From Mizuhopecten yessoensis (Eukaryota): DNA of 64,000 bases. Below, one piece after another: positions 48,893 through 62,548 of this stretch; position 1 is the stretch's first letter; each line of letters starts with the position of its first letter. The position numbers and the translations under genes were made by a program. The DNA is taken from assembly GCF_002113885.1 (NCBI RefSeq), contig NW_018408079.1, forward strand, positions 4,010 to 68,009. The letters are read 5' to 3'. Under the pieces are notes generated by a model. The model did not search any database, had not been told where the DNA came from, and saw only the letters and a list, made by a program, of their open reading frames with translations.

Positions 48893-49703
48893 ATGAACGG
48901 TCTTTCTTTTTACCATGTATGTGGGGCACTTATTATAATTCTACCACGCTATGCTCATACAGAACTATTAATGTTCACAAGGCAAAGTCACAACAGTACT
49001 TCGTATTCAACAGGAAATGATTCCTTTTCATCACTTGGTAATATTTTGTCACCAATTCACTGTGCAATTAGCGGTCACAATGAGCATTGTGAAAGATTTC
49101 TGTACGACGACAAAGACTACATCTGTAACATTGCGGATAACAGCACCTACCAATACAGCCAATATAATTCTGTCTATGTTAAATCATCTACCACGTGCGA
49201 TTCACTGTCGGGGGCACTTCCGGTGTGTACTTAATCGCAGTCGGACAAAACACGATGGCGACCGCTTACTGCGACATGGACACACTTGGTGGAGGATGGA
49301 CCGTCATACAAAACAGATTTAATGGGAGTCGGGACTTTTACAAAACCTGGGAAGAATACAAAACAGGATTCGGAAATCCTAATGGGGAATACTGGCTAGG
49401 AAATGACTACATCTATACAATTACGTCAGCGGATACCTATGAGCTCCGTATCGAAATGGAATATGCAGATAGCACGAAAGCTTATGCCAGCTACGCGACC
49501 TTCTCTCTGTCCTCGGAGAGTGACAGTTAAGCTCTTACAGTAACTGGGTTCAGTGGTAACGTTTTTAATGATCGTCTCTCTCACCACAGCGGTGCACCAT
49601 TTAGTACCAAAGACCGCGACAACGACAATATTGAAGGATCATGTTCAGAGTTGTGTTACGGAGCATGGTGGTATATTGGATGTTATTACTCCAATCTGAA
49701 TGA
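48893..49703 (+). pseudogene. PAN-FReD pseudogene (FReD-3), frameshift ~49212, stop 49528-49530, 3' truncated
   Basis: Signal-like MNGLSFYHVCGALIIIL; PAN-like CAISGHNEHCERFLY...C; then SGVY...YCDMDTLGGGWTVIQNRFNGS...EYWLGND...*ALTVTGFSG...FSTKDRDND...GAWWYIGCYYSNLN. Similarity stops at ~49703. Confidence 0.9.
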
Positions 49704-51265
49704 GTTTCCGCTTTCCTTACATGTCCTCGTGTTACTGCGGTTGTAGGTGATAACGTGATTTTTTTCTTTATATGCTTTTTCAATTTTTCGTAGCGACTTC
49801 AGTTTATATTGTACTTATGTGATGATGCTATGGTGTTTATGTCGTTTTGTTATAGTCTGTAAGAGATTTGAAATCACCATTGCATCTGGTTTCAGATGCC
49901 GCTTTAAATGATTTTCTATTTCAACATATCAGTGATGTCTTTCGATGTTTTAGCGGCTGCTAAAACAGGATTTGTATCATAGATATTGATGGGAAAGTTT
50001 GCATCAACAATATTGGCACAGTGTACAACTGCGTCAACTAAGATATACTGAGTATTTGTAAAGTTACTGTTTGATCAATGTTGTACTTAGCTCATGGTTA
50101 TCCATATGAATAGATTAAAGCACCGAATGGATGTCTATCTTCTTCTATCATCAAATATTCACCAATTCCGTTTTCAACAAGGGTAAAATACGATGGTTCA
50201 AAATAAGTTCACTGAAAACCTGTAAACATTAGGAGTTGACAATTGAAAAATATATTTTAACTTCAGGTTTTGTGACAAAGATTTGTGTATTTTAAATTAC
50301 AGTACCTGTTGTTTATACATATATATCTGGGTTCATAGATCCGGGTTTTATATTTGTATTTATGCAATGCATAAATTAATTTATATTATCTGGTTAGTAT
50401 ATGATATTTTTATTTGTTATATTTTGTTGGTTCCGGATAGAGGATAACTTTCCGTTTTTTAAACTAGTCCATCCCTATAGAAGTAGTCACGTGATGTTTT
50501 GGTGTACTAAAGTCACGTGACCTGAGCAGAATATTTTTCCATGCTGACATTTTGAAAAATCTCCTTAAAAAATCAGCAACCCTTCCTTCCCTAATTTGTA
50601 TCCACCTTTATGTACTATTGTGTAAAAATGTAATTGTTGCACATCTTTGTTTTAAATTTTGTTTCATTGGTTGTACATCTTTTAATTACAAATGGTGCGT
50701 TTATTTTGAAGCAAGCCCCATCTTTTTTGGTTCTTTGTACACCTTATTATAAAAATCATACACAACACAAAGATGTATACATATGTTCGATTTCTGGCAA
50801 TTAGAATAAATGCTCATTTTTGACAATTTAAGTGTTTGTTATTTTATCGACAAAAAACATAGCAGAGTATAACCTGTGTGTGCTGTTGGGTTTAGTGCAG
50901 ACGAAACACGATAACATAAAGCTAATATAGCCCAAAGTGTATAACTACTATTTCTTTATTATACTCAGGAAGGTTAACTTACAATGAGTACCATTGCTTA
51001 TCAGGAATGTCTAATTGTTTATTTTGTAGCCCGATATAATTTGTCATTATTTTTTCAATAATGATCCCTTACAGAAACCTAAGAGTGTGAATGGCTTGTG
51101 TTTTCTGTTAACATATTCTAAAGTCTATGTACATATCATTTGTTTGAGAGATAGGTTAAAATACAAAATGATAATGGAAACTATTTACTTAATATAATGT
51201 GTTTTTAAATGTCACACTTGCAGTTGTGTTTTGGACGTTTAAGTTATATAAATTGCTTTTAATAA

Positions 51266-53486
51266 AGTAGTTCCCACAATGAGGTCCCGTGACCATTTTC
51301 CCCAGACCAAGGTTTGAGAGATGAATTTAGTCAATTGGAGGGTGCTGATAAAATGAGCTCGGGTGAACCTCGTGAATATGTGAGCTAACTCGGCCTGAGG
51401 CGAAAATTAAAAATGGCCGCCACCCGACGTCTGGTATATCAAAAAAAATACTTATCATTGATTCTAGATGCCGGTTTTATATGAGTTTTGTGTCTAAATA
51501 TATGTTTTAAGGGTCAAGGATTTTATTTATTAGTATAATAACTGTATTAAAGTAAGCGTTTGAAAGAAACATGGTCTTTTATTATTTTGCTGCCAAAAAT
51601 CAGGATAACCACCAGCTGACTGCAAAGGAAAAGACCAGTCCTGATGTAATGGGATTAAGGGTTTAGCTAGCTCAACAGAGCCAAGACATCTGCAGCTAAG
51701 GATATTGTCCTTCTGTTTGATAGCAAGTGTCCACTTATTATCTGACAATATCTGGCTTCTATGGACAAGAAAAACAGAAACTCAGGAGCCCACACAAACT
51801 TTTGAAATATGTTGCAAAGCTTTTCCAGTGATGCAAGAGGTTCTTCAGCGAATGTCCACACTCACTGTTCAACAAATATACAATGGTTAAATCAGTTACA
51901 GAAGCCTTTAGGTGAAACAAGAGCACTGAAGTGGGTTCAGTTGAAAAAGAAGTTCAAGTGCCGCATCCCACCACATCTAGGTTCTCACAATCTGAATGTG
52001 ACACGAGTAAACTACCAGGTTAACTTTCAACTAAATTATGACAAGCCAGATACATCCCCTGATCCACGGCAGATGTGTATCAGTTAGATTAAACAAGGAT
52101 ACATTTCCAAGTAATAAGCATGACTTTGCTAAACATGACTCATGAGTAGACATTGCACGACAATGAGGAAAAGAATGAGGACAGTAATGATGACGAAGTT
52201 ACATGTGGTGACTCTGGAAAAAGAGGAAGATGGTGACTGTAAATATACACATGTTTCATTGACCAGACAACCTGTGCAGATTGAAAAATAGGTCTTCTGA
52301 ATCCCACTTCATGAAAATAGGAGGCGACTAATGTTGGAGCCCCTGCAGAATGGTGTGGGGGTTTCGTCCGTGTCTTCTACGAAAGGGATATGGAAAAGCA
52401 AAAAATGATCTGCTTCCCCCATTACAGCACTTAAGATATTTTTCGTTTCCTTTCTTTCCTGTTTTCTTTCTTTTCTAACTTCTTGCTCTTTGTAGCGGAG
52501 GCTATCTAGACAGCCATTGCAATATTTGGGATTTGTATCATATATCTTTCTATATCTAACTACCTTTTATTTCCTTGCGCCTTGCTTGGCAACACCTCAC
52601 TTCTGGCTTTAACGTTCAACGTTCGCCCAGGTGATCATGAGGAAGGCAATCGGTTCTGTTCCCAGGCCGGGACATACCAAAGTCCTTAAAAATGGTAGTT
52701 GTTATTCCCTGCTTCACGTTCAGCAACAACTGGTTCAACCCTCGTCAGTAAAATGTACTGACACGGAACACTATGCTGGGTGTTTTTGGCATGGTATTTC
52801 AGTGAGATAGCACTTTAAAATCGGTATCAGATCCAGCTATCACAAGGAGGCAAGTACACCAACATACCCTGTCTCCGGCACACATACACACATGCACGCT
52901 TACACAATATACACATGGAAACACGCCTTAAATGACCTTAGCTGTTAATAGGACGTAAAACAAATTAAAACCAATACAAACCAATCATATGATTCTGGCT
53001 GTTGCAAGGATGTTAAACCCTAAATAAACAAAATCATTGATCAGACATTTCAAACAATGGTTGTTTTATCTTATTACACTGGTAAAAGATGAAACTTTTG
53101 CATCCAAACCATTAAAGGTGTCTTCCTGGTCTTTTTCCTTTGCGGTTAGCAGGCGGTTATCCTGAATTTTGGCACCAAAATGATAAAAGACCATTTTTCG
53201 TTTTAACGCTTACTTTGATCAAGTTATTATACTAATAAATAAAATCCCTGACCCTTAAAACATATCCACAAATCTTATAAAACGGACATCTAGAATCAAA
53301 GATAAGTATTTTGTTTGATATACCAGTGTCGCGGCAATTTTCAATTTTCGCGGCTGGCCGAGTTAGCCCACATTTCCAGGAGGTTCACACCAGCTCATTT
53401 TAATCAGCACCCTCCAATTGACTAAAATCAACTCTCAAACCTTGGTCCGGGAAAAATTGTCACGGGACCGCATTGTGGGAACTCTA
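51266..53486 (+). mobile_element. Academ-like DNA transposon, internally deleted, ~370-bp TIRs
   Basis: AGTTCCCACAATGAGGTCCCGTGACCATTTTCCC... (51269 to ~51640) is the inverse of ~53125-53486, which ends CATTGTGGGAACTCTA. The internal relic IPPHLGSHNLNVTRVNYQ resembles the LPPT..L..H..RA.YQ motif of Academ-type proteins. Confidence 0.75.
52340..52985 (+). mobile_element. SINE family A copy nested in the Academ-like element
   Basis: CCCCTGCAG head, CTTGCTTGGCAACACCTCA, CATACCAAAGTCCTTAAAAATGGTAG core, CCTTAAATGACCTTAGCTGTTAATAGGACG tail. Confidence 0.85.
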
Positions 53487-56400
53487 TTTTACTTCAAAAT
53501 ATGATACATTGATGAACTGCCTAACCTGAGCGATTATTTTCTGACGTTAAGTCGTCCTCTCTATAATATAAAATAATTGCAGCTGTCAAACAGAACCTAA
53601 AATATATTTCATCTAGGGTTAAAATTTACTGTGGGTTTTTTGTTTGGATACAGTATATCTCGATTCTAATAATAACACTTATATACAGTGTTTATTGTTT
53701 TGTATACACCCACTCATTTCTGAACTTTCGGATAATTAGATATTAAATATTAGGTAAAGAAGACGTCGTTAGCGTTCAAATACAAACTTTGAAAGCGCCT
53801 AGTAACCACTGTTGTTCACCTGGCTATTTCCTTCCTGTTTTTGATGCAATCATTACCGACTCAGAGAGCTCTATTATCATCGAAATCGATTTCGGAGAAG
53901 GTATCAAGTGTTTGATAGACGTGAGCCGAGCGTTTATCTTGTTCTTAGCCTTCGTATAGAAAATTCACGAAGAACAATTAATTAATATGACTTATATAGC
54001 TTATGTCCCATTGTCTAGTTCACTGAGCACCTAAATACCTTATTATTGATTTGAATGAATGGTTGTCGCTATCAGATGATAAATGACAATAATTGCCTTC
54101 AATTCGACCTTATCCCGGACACACAGCAGTATGTTTCTATATTCAGTTTGATTCTGGAGATTACAAACTGTAAACTGTAATCTTTGTTGCAAATGATTAC
54201 GGACAGTTTTTTTCTTTAAACGCATCGGAAGCGCCATTTCATTCACCTACTTCCGACTCTATGCATGCAGAAAGTGTTTTGGTTATATCCGTGTATCTGA
54301 ATTTTTTCTTTTTCATATTCCGTCCATGTTTCATTCAAAAATAGCATGGATGTTTTAATAACTGTAAGTAGCCTTTAGAGTTTAACTGTTCGTTTGATGA
54401 AACACATATAATCTTAAGTATAATATGAAACGTCACTAAACCTGACACACCAGCGTTATTTATCTTAATTGTTGTCAGGCTTGACGTCATCTCCTTTATT
54501 TACAAACCGCATATATAATACGAACTCTGACTGGCGGACAGAGACGAATTATAGAAATTACGTAAATGTTAATGGACCACATAATCTATATTATCTAAAG
54601 CTGTCCGAGACATCTGACTAATATATATATACTTACACATTGTTTTCGTATCAATGACTTCCCACCCTTCGTAATACAAATGTTTTTCTGGTCGTAATCT
54701 CGTGTCGTCTTTTCCGTATTGCGTAAAATTATACATGCAGTAACACCCGGTAAACGATAGTACACGTACGTGACGATAATATGTCAACACCCGCGACTTC
54801 ACTTGGAAATGCGTAATCACACGTACACGGGAAGACTCTGACATGACACAAGATAACTTCAAGAAGGTCATATGTGAAGCGCATGGAATGTTGACTGATA
54901 TATTTTGTGTACCGACCTCACATGTACCTATCACGTGCTTACACCAGTTCACAAGCTCGAGGTCGTTATGTTTTTTTCTGTCGAGCGGGCTACGTTCTGT
55001 CAAGTAAATCTTTCTTTTTTTCAAATGCAGTACACTAACTATGTGTAAATAGTATTTTGTAAAATATCAAGATCCCAACGAAAATGCATGTGTGGGTGCA
55101 CGTGAGAACGGCATAACATGCGATAGCCTCTATCTATGTGGTCATGCGCTATGATTGAGAGTAATTTGGTTCGATAAAAGGACAATAAATTGACAATTTC
55201 GATATCATAATTTTCATTCATTACCATATTTTTTATATATGTAAAAAGAGATGACTGTCATTGTGTAAACTATATTTCTCTGAAAAAAGTTCCGATTTTT
55301 ATCAAGGAAGACACCTCCTATAAATATATATATATATAGCCATTGTGTATATTTTGTTCACTTTTTACTCTTTTTGTATGAAACTATGTGTCCTCTTTGC
55401 CTTTAGCTTATAGATTATCATTTTATCCATGCATTTTCAATAAGAAAAAAACACCTTGCGTGACGTTTTTATATATTTTGTGATAAATGAATTATTTGTA
55501 AGTTTACTTAGCAATACTTTTTTTCAATAACTAATTTGCATCGAACACGAAATACATATCAAAATTGACGAAAACTCAGTTATTTGGTGTTTATTTCAGA
55601 TTTTCATAAAATCCCCTTAACAAAATAACATAACATTTTGTGAAAGTTTCAACGAATTCTGCTTGTCAATTGTGAAAGGGATGGAGCCTCCTTAACTATG
55701 AATGAGGCTGAATGAATAAATTAAAATTAAACCACTTCACTGTTTCAGGAAATATTCTGCATTGTCGCTTTATATGAAAGTATATTAATTGATTATGCTC
55801 ATCAGTGTGCCTTGATATTGGTTGTCACTACCCCACTCCTCATATTGAAGACGTGACATTTAAAGTGAATTTCTGCAGAACAAGCTAAACTATTATATGA
55901 ATGAGCATTGTAATTTTTGGTATATTCAGAAATGACGATATATGTGTTTGTGTCATAAATCATTGCACATGTTATAGTTGTGCGGCAAGGATTTAGTGTC
56001 CTACTGGTCTAAATTACGTAAACAATGTTTGCCGAAATCCACATCGAAATATCATATTATGGGTCTTTATTTGGTATCAAACATGATTAATGACATCCTT
56101 TCCTGAGGTTGATTGGATATGTTTAGGGGGTTTCATTGTGTATCCCCTGTTGTTTTAACTTCCCTTCCTTTAGTGTTGTCTTCCCGTATCGACTAGGAGT
56201 TTCAGTTCTGTTCTTGTATGATGTTATGTGGATGGGAAGTAAGCTTCAGACAGATTGTTAAAAACAAATCAGATGGGAGGAATACTTCAAACCAACACGA
56301 TATACTGCTATACTTAGGTATAATGTAGCGTGGGTATATCAAAGGACTTGTGCTTATGTATATGCTTTAACACCCGTTTTTACATGCATCGTGTACCGTG

Positions 56401-56629
56401 TAAGCTCAACAGCTCTATATTACGGTATTGATTCTAAATCAGATTGCGCTGATGAAAGTATTTGGTCAGTAAAAAGCGTGTTTTAATGCGGTTGCAAAAA
56501 CACACAAACTGTATTATTATATATCTTACTGTTCATGTCTGGTTGACTAGAAACTTCTAGCACGGACTCCCTCCTTTTGTTACTTAAATCCAACTCCCAC
56601 TTTCAAAACAACTTCCTCATTACTAAGAT

Positions 56630-56710
56630 CTGCGAATGTGACATGGACACACTTTGAACAGGATGGGCCGTCATGCAAAACAGACATAACGGTAATTCTG
56701 CGTTTTATTG
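56630..56710 (+). pseudogene. Short FReD relic (FReD-4)
   Basis: TGTGACATGGACACACTTTGAACAGGATGGGCCGTCATGCAAAACAGACATAACGGT translates as CDMDTL*TGWAVMQNRHNGNSAFY and aligns to 49270-49330. Confidence 0.75.
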
Positions 56711-56755
56711 AGGTATCCTTAGTGCTATTATTCTAATACGAACAGCATGAAATGT

Positions 56756-57171
56756 AAATAGCCCTACCTGAAGTGTCTGAAAATTTACATCTTTACCAGC
56801 TAGTGTCGTAATCAATCAAGACAACGATATGTATTGTTGCAATATGACCAGTAAAACATATTCAATTTCATAATGACTTTGACGCAATATTATGGTCAGT
56901 ACTGTAAAGTAGCAAAATCAAGTCACATCTATTCAAAGCCCCCTAAAGTGATTTCATTGGCTTAAATAGCCCTACCTGAAGTGTCTGAAAATTTACATCT
57001 TTTCCAGCTAGTGTCGTAATCAATCAAAGCAATGATATGTATTATTGCAACATGACCAGTAAAACATATTCAATTTCATAATGACTTTGACGCAATATTA
57101 GGGTCAGTACTGTAAAGTAGCAAAATCAAGTCACATCTATTCAAAGCCCCCTTAAAGTGATTTTATTGGCT
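56756..57171. repeat. ~208-bp direct tandem duplication
   Basis: AAATAGCCCTACCTGAAGTGTCTGAAAATTTACATC...AAAGTGATTT.ATTGGCT occurs at 56756 and 56964. Confidence 0.93.
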
Positions 57172-59091
57172 ATAACATGAGCTACAACGTAATTTTGACG
57201 TCTTTATCGTGACATATGTTTTCTTGCTTTGATGACGGTTGTTTTATTTCTTTTTCAAACATTCAACATATATTTCTTTATTTAGATTGATTTGATACAT
57301 ATGCGGTTTCATTGCTTGTACGAAGAAAACAAAATTCATATTAACTGGAAAATCTCCAAAAACAAGGAGACAGAGTGAAAAACTCCATGTTTGCATTAAG
57401 GATGTATCAAGAAACTGTAGATAATGAAGACTTTTTTGAGTTGTAATGAAGTTTTGTAAAATATATGTGCTATTTCTTATTTCATATTGATCAATGCAAT
57501 GTAATGCAAACGCGTTTTTTTTTTTGTTTTTTTTTGTTTTTTTGTTAGTTTTATGCTCAAAACAGTTGCAATTATGATTCGTCAATAGTTAAAATAAATG
57601 AATGAATGAGGGAATGAATGAAATGATAACTTGAACAGGATTGTTGTTCTATGACTTCATGATGGTCTTCCTTAATCAACATTATCAATTCCTCGACATT
57701 TAAGTGGGTATTTCTTATTTGACTGAACAAACTGTTTTGTTCAGATAACATTTTAAAATGTCATTACAAATTTAAAGTTATTTCAAATTCAAATTCAAGT
57801 TCGTTTTTTTTAAATAGAACAGACTATTCAAAAAGGTCAATACCTAGCAGGACTTTCTCACAAAAGGTGATTGAGAGGATAATAAAAAGATTCTGTTAAT
57901 CAATATCTAACATCGTTATATGGCATACCATTAAACTAACGTGTTGACTTCATACCGAAATGTATATAATTTACACAGAACAACTGTCGGTAAAGTTTTT
58001 AAATGTATGAGGTCATCACTAATAATAAAAGTATTACATATGTATCCTCTATACGCTAGTAATAAACTTAAGTAAGTCTACTTATTAAAACAAACTAATG
58101 ATTTACGGATACGAGTATAAACAAATCTATATTCGATTTGTTGGAATTTCGCATCAGAGAATTTTGAGGAAAAAGTTTCATATTCATGCTGAGAAGCAGA
58201 AATATGCTTTTCCTATCTCAAGGGTTAAAAGTAGCTGGGCTACGTATGCTAGTGGGACTTAATGACGTTGAAGCATTCACAAGTAACACTTGTCCACAAT
58301 GATGAAAATGAGGCATTCCCATAAAACCATGACCCCTTTTAAATATTGACTGACAGTCATAAAATTTTGATTGTATTCCACCTAGAAGAAATTCAGTATT
58401 GAAAAGTGTGAAAGGGACGTAACTTCGTGTGACGCCGTTTGCTTCCGGCCTTTTGTACTACTTATTCGATGCCAAGGTGAATTAACCAAAGGACGATGAA
58501 TCCAGCTGTGCATGCCAGGTTTTTCCAACACATGTGTGTGCAATAAATCACATGAAACAGTATAGCATGCACAAGCAATGCGTTCAAATGTGCATCACAA
58601 TCATCAACAATTATACAATACAAAATGACTTAAAAACAAAACTATGCACACTCGTGTTGGCACCTGTCCTCCTGGTACTTAAAACATCCACATTTTTAGA
58701 ACTATTCCATGAAAAACAGCGCGAAGTTTAATGTTCCCGTAGTATAAGATGCGACTGTGTACCACGCTTTCAATGCTCATCTTTCTGGTGTTTATATACA
58801 CAACAATATTCTAAATTTCATTATCTGTATTGTGACTTTGTATTCTTGCTTTTTGATGCATACATGCTTACTACCATATGGGGGAAAATAAAGTGTGTAA
58901 TGAATGTTTTAATAGTTGTTATTGAGATAAATATCCTATGAACAGTTATGGCCATTAAAGAACGTGGCAAAATGTGCTTAAAGCTAATTTGGTTACCAGC
59001 AATGACCAAATTAAACATGAATGACATATGAAATCCAGTAGAGTGTAATTTCTTTATAGACCTTAGATTACTGTTGACGCTTATATTTCAG

Positions 59092-59318
59092 CNCAAAAAC
59101 ATCTTTCCAGAAATTATTATTACATATTTTTTGACACTCTTTTATATAATCCCCTCCATTATTAAGTAGTTTATATAAGTCAACCAATTTCATTAAAATA
59201 GTATTCCACTTTCCTGACGACTGATATAATCTTTTTATCCAACTTAGTTTCAAAGAATCAACAAAGTTTTTAATATGAAGCATCTTTAAACCACCAACCA
59301 TATAATCTTGAACAGCAT
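59092..59318 (-). mobile_element. L1/Tx1-clade LINE ORF2 C-terminal fragment
   Basis: QDYMVGGLKMLHIKNFVDSLKLSWIKRL...NNFWKDVF matches the GGLKM...LK.SWI.RL...N.FW.DV pattern downstream of Tx1/L1 RT. Confidence 0.8.
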
Positions 59319-59860
59319 TATTTATATGTATTGCATGATATTGAAACTACAGAGGTTAAGGGTTAGTATCAAATAACCGATCTTCTCTGAACTGTGTAAG
59401 CTGATGACTGACAGAACATAATCATACAGAATTAATAAAACTCGGTAAAATGTTACATGTCCATCAATCAATACTCTGTCCTCATATGTTGCATAGATGA
59501 TGGAAAGATGGCCTTTGACATCAGCATATAATTTGAAAGCTATATCTAAATTCGTGTTAGCGTCAAAAACAAATCTATAATGAAGCAAGATACACAATAA
59601 TTAGTCGGGAAACGCATGAATAGAAAAGAAACACAAGAAAATTCAATTGTGGTGAGATAGTGACACGCGGAGACATATTGACCAGAGCTTCCCTCCGTAT
59701 ATCAGTAGCCTAGATAGCATGCATGGAAACACATCTCGTCTTACGTTAAAGGTGAAGGATAGACTCAAGAATTACACGGACAATTTATTAAACTTGTCCT
59801 CTGGCTTCTCGTTAAAACTGAGCAAATCATTTTAATTTGATACCATATATTGATGGCATT

Positions 59861-60783
59861 ATGAAGAGTATTTTGGAGTTGTTCATTACGTATATATTTT
59901 GTTGTTACAAGTACGCACAGTCGAAATATCGAATAATGTCGTATCAGAAGAACGAAGCGGGTACCACGAATAACACTGCTGGCTACACCCTTGAGGATGT
60001 GATGGATAGCACACCGACTAGGTTGACATGTGCCAGTGTCTGTAGCATACAGGACTGCGACGAGAATGCAGGTTGATACATCACTCCTACAAGTATTACG
60101 AACCATTGGTGGACATATATATCAGATGTTTCCAGTGTGACTGTCTGCCGTCAGGAAGCCAATCTGCAGTGTACACTTTGGCCATACCACCGGTCACCGT
60201 GTTCTATGCCTATTGTGATATGGAAACACTTAACGGTGGGTGGCTTGTAATTCAGAATAGATTTGATGGCAGTCAGGAATTTTTTAACTTTTGGATAGAA
60301 TTTAAGACCGGGTTCGGTGATCCCAGTGGTGAATATTGGCTCGGAAACGAGAAAATGTATCTTCTGACGTCGGCGCAAACATACGAGCTTTATATCGAGA
60401 TGGAGGATGTAGATGGCGACACTAGATACGTCAGGTACAGCTCATTTGCGTTGTCCTCTGAGAGCAACGGTTACCGCCTCTCAGTGTCCGGGTTTAGCGG
60501 GAATGTCACCGACAGCATGGCGTATAACAACGGACAACGCTTCACAACCAAAGATCGGGATCAGGATATGCGTCCCTCGGCGAACTGTGCAAACGTCTTT
60601 AGAGGTTCATGGTGGTACAGGAGCTGCCACCATTCCAATTTGAATGGATTTTATGATCCAGTGCCTGGTGATAACCCAAAAACCATGTGCTGGAAAAACT
60701 TTACTGGGACGGTTAAATTTACATCTCTACGAAAGTTCCGAATGTTGATTCGTCCTGTTACTTGGTGTACAAAATCAAGATAG
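59861..60783 (+). pseudogene. PAN-FReD gene (FReD-5) with one frameshifting deletion in the PAN domain; FReD itself intact
   Basis: ATG 59861 gives MKSILELFITYIFCC...TCASVCSIQDC, then a frame change at ~60060 to ECRLIHHSY...YCDMETLNGGWLVIQNRFDGS...EYWLGNE...FTTKDRDQD...GSWWYRSCHHSNLNG...MLIRP. Confidence 0.85.
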
Positions 60784-62344
60784 CCCAACACGTTTTTAGG
60801 TGAATAGCGACTCGGTTGTTCTTGATATATTGCCGAATGTTTCGATATATTTTTCAATATTTTAAAAGAAACAAAATCCAAGTGTCTAATGAATATTTTA
60901 GAACTAACAACCGAGATATTGATAAACGCGATATCCAATTCTACCGACTTGTTGATTGTCAAAAATTACAATGTCTACGCGTGATTTATCTTTCCAATCT
61001 TGATATCTAGAACAAGGAAACATAGAGGGTATGGGTTCGCAAATAAAAAAAATATCAGTACGCACTAGCTAATGTCATTGATTTTTTCTGAAAGTGTCAA
61101 TTCAATGAAGTGGGATATTGATCATAATTTTGTTTGCTCTACGCAATATACCAAAATATTATTCGCTGGTAAATATGTTTCTGACATCCTCACTCTTAAC
61201 ACAGGACGTTTGGGGCGATGGACACAAGAAAGGACACAGTGTCAGCATGTTGTTTCTTATATGTATTGTTATTTTATTTTTTTAAGTTTTGTAAATTTTG
61301 GTTTCGTTATTTAGCATGTTTTAATTATTGATTACCTGTATTTAATGGTAGACATCCTCATAGGTCCACATGTGGTACCGGAACTCTTACACAGCCGGCT
61401 AACTTAGTTTTAACTACGGTATTTCAGGATTATCATTATGTTCAAATCCACGACTGTTACCTTTTTGTGACTTCCCATATTGGAAGTGATCTGAGGATAT
61501 CGAATTATTGAATTTTACCTGTTTTGGTTGTAATCGTAGTGAAGGTATTGTAACCACTTGTTAAATATACATAGAGCGCTTGACGCTATAGACGAGGAGT
61601 CAAAATTTGATATGTTTCAAAGTCGTTAGGTTAGTTTTGAAGGGCATCTCATAATTTTCATTTTTTTAAAGTATTTTTAATCGACTTAGAATATGATGTC
61701 TTTAAATCAATTCATTGTTATAAGTTTCCAGATATTGTTTCGTTAATACTATTCAAATATTTTATTAATTGTTTATGTTATAGCATTTCTAGCTCCAACA
61801 AAACGGTTATTTTCTTAACATTGATATGTTTCATACCAAGCAAGCCAAAACAGGGCGACAAAATAAAAATAAAAACATAAAAACTTTCAAAAATGTATCT
61901 ATCAATATGATATAGGATGTAACATTGAAAAACCAATATAATGTAGTACAAATGAAACATCAAGTTTAACATCATCAGTTTTATTTTGACCAATGCATAA
62001 ACTTGAGTAAAGGGAGTATATTATATCAGTTTGAAAAAAGTTTATTTTGAAAGGGGCCTTACAATGGATTATATTTATTTATACACTTTATTCGGATAAT
62101 GCCAGAAGGTATCAAATTGTTTATTATACAGTGCACGTTTGGTAACTTCAGATTCAAACCTGAGTTAGTGTGTTACATTGTAGACCATATGGACATGCGT
62201 GGATAGTACAAAAACAATACAAATTAAGTAAAGTATTCAAGTTATATTATTAAAGAATGTGTTCTCTCACCCCAATCCTGAAAACAATGGCTTTAGGTTA
62301 TGAAGTTAAAGCAGACATAAATGCTCCTAACACCGTTTACAAAC

Positions 62345-62548
62345 GAATATCATAGTAACAGGGTGAATATCATAGTAATAGGGTGAATATCATAGTAACA
62401 GCGTGAATATCATAGTAACAGCGTGAATATCATAGTAACAGGGTGAATATCATAGTAACCGCGTGAATATCATAGTAACAGGGTGAATATCATAGAAACA
62501 GGGTGAATATCATAGTAACAGGGTGAATATCATAGTAACAGGGTGAAT
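62345..62548. repeat. 20-bp minisatellite (GTGAATATCATAGTAACAGG) x10
   Basis: Directly visible. Confidence 0.97.

Noticed and set aside
54560-55695. Kolobok/piggyBac-like end GGAGCCTCCTTAA and a 151-aa minus ORF
   Set aside because: No matching left terminus was found and the ORF has no recognisable domain.
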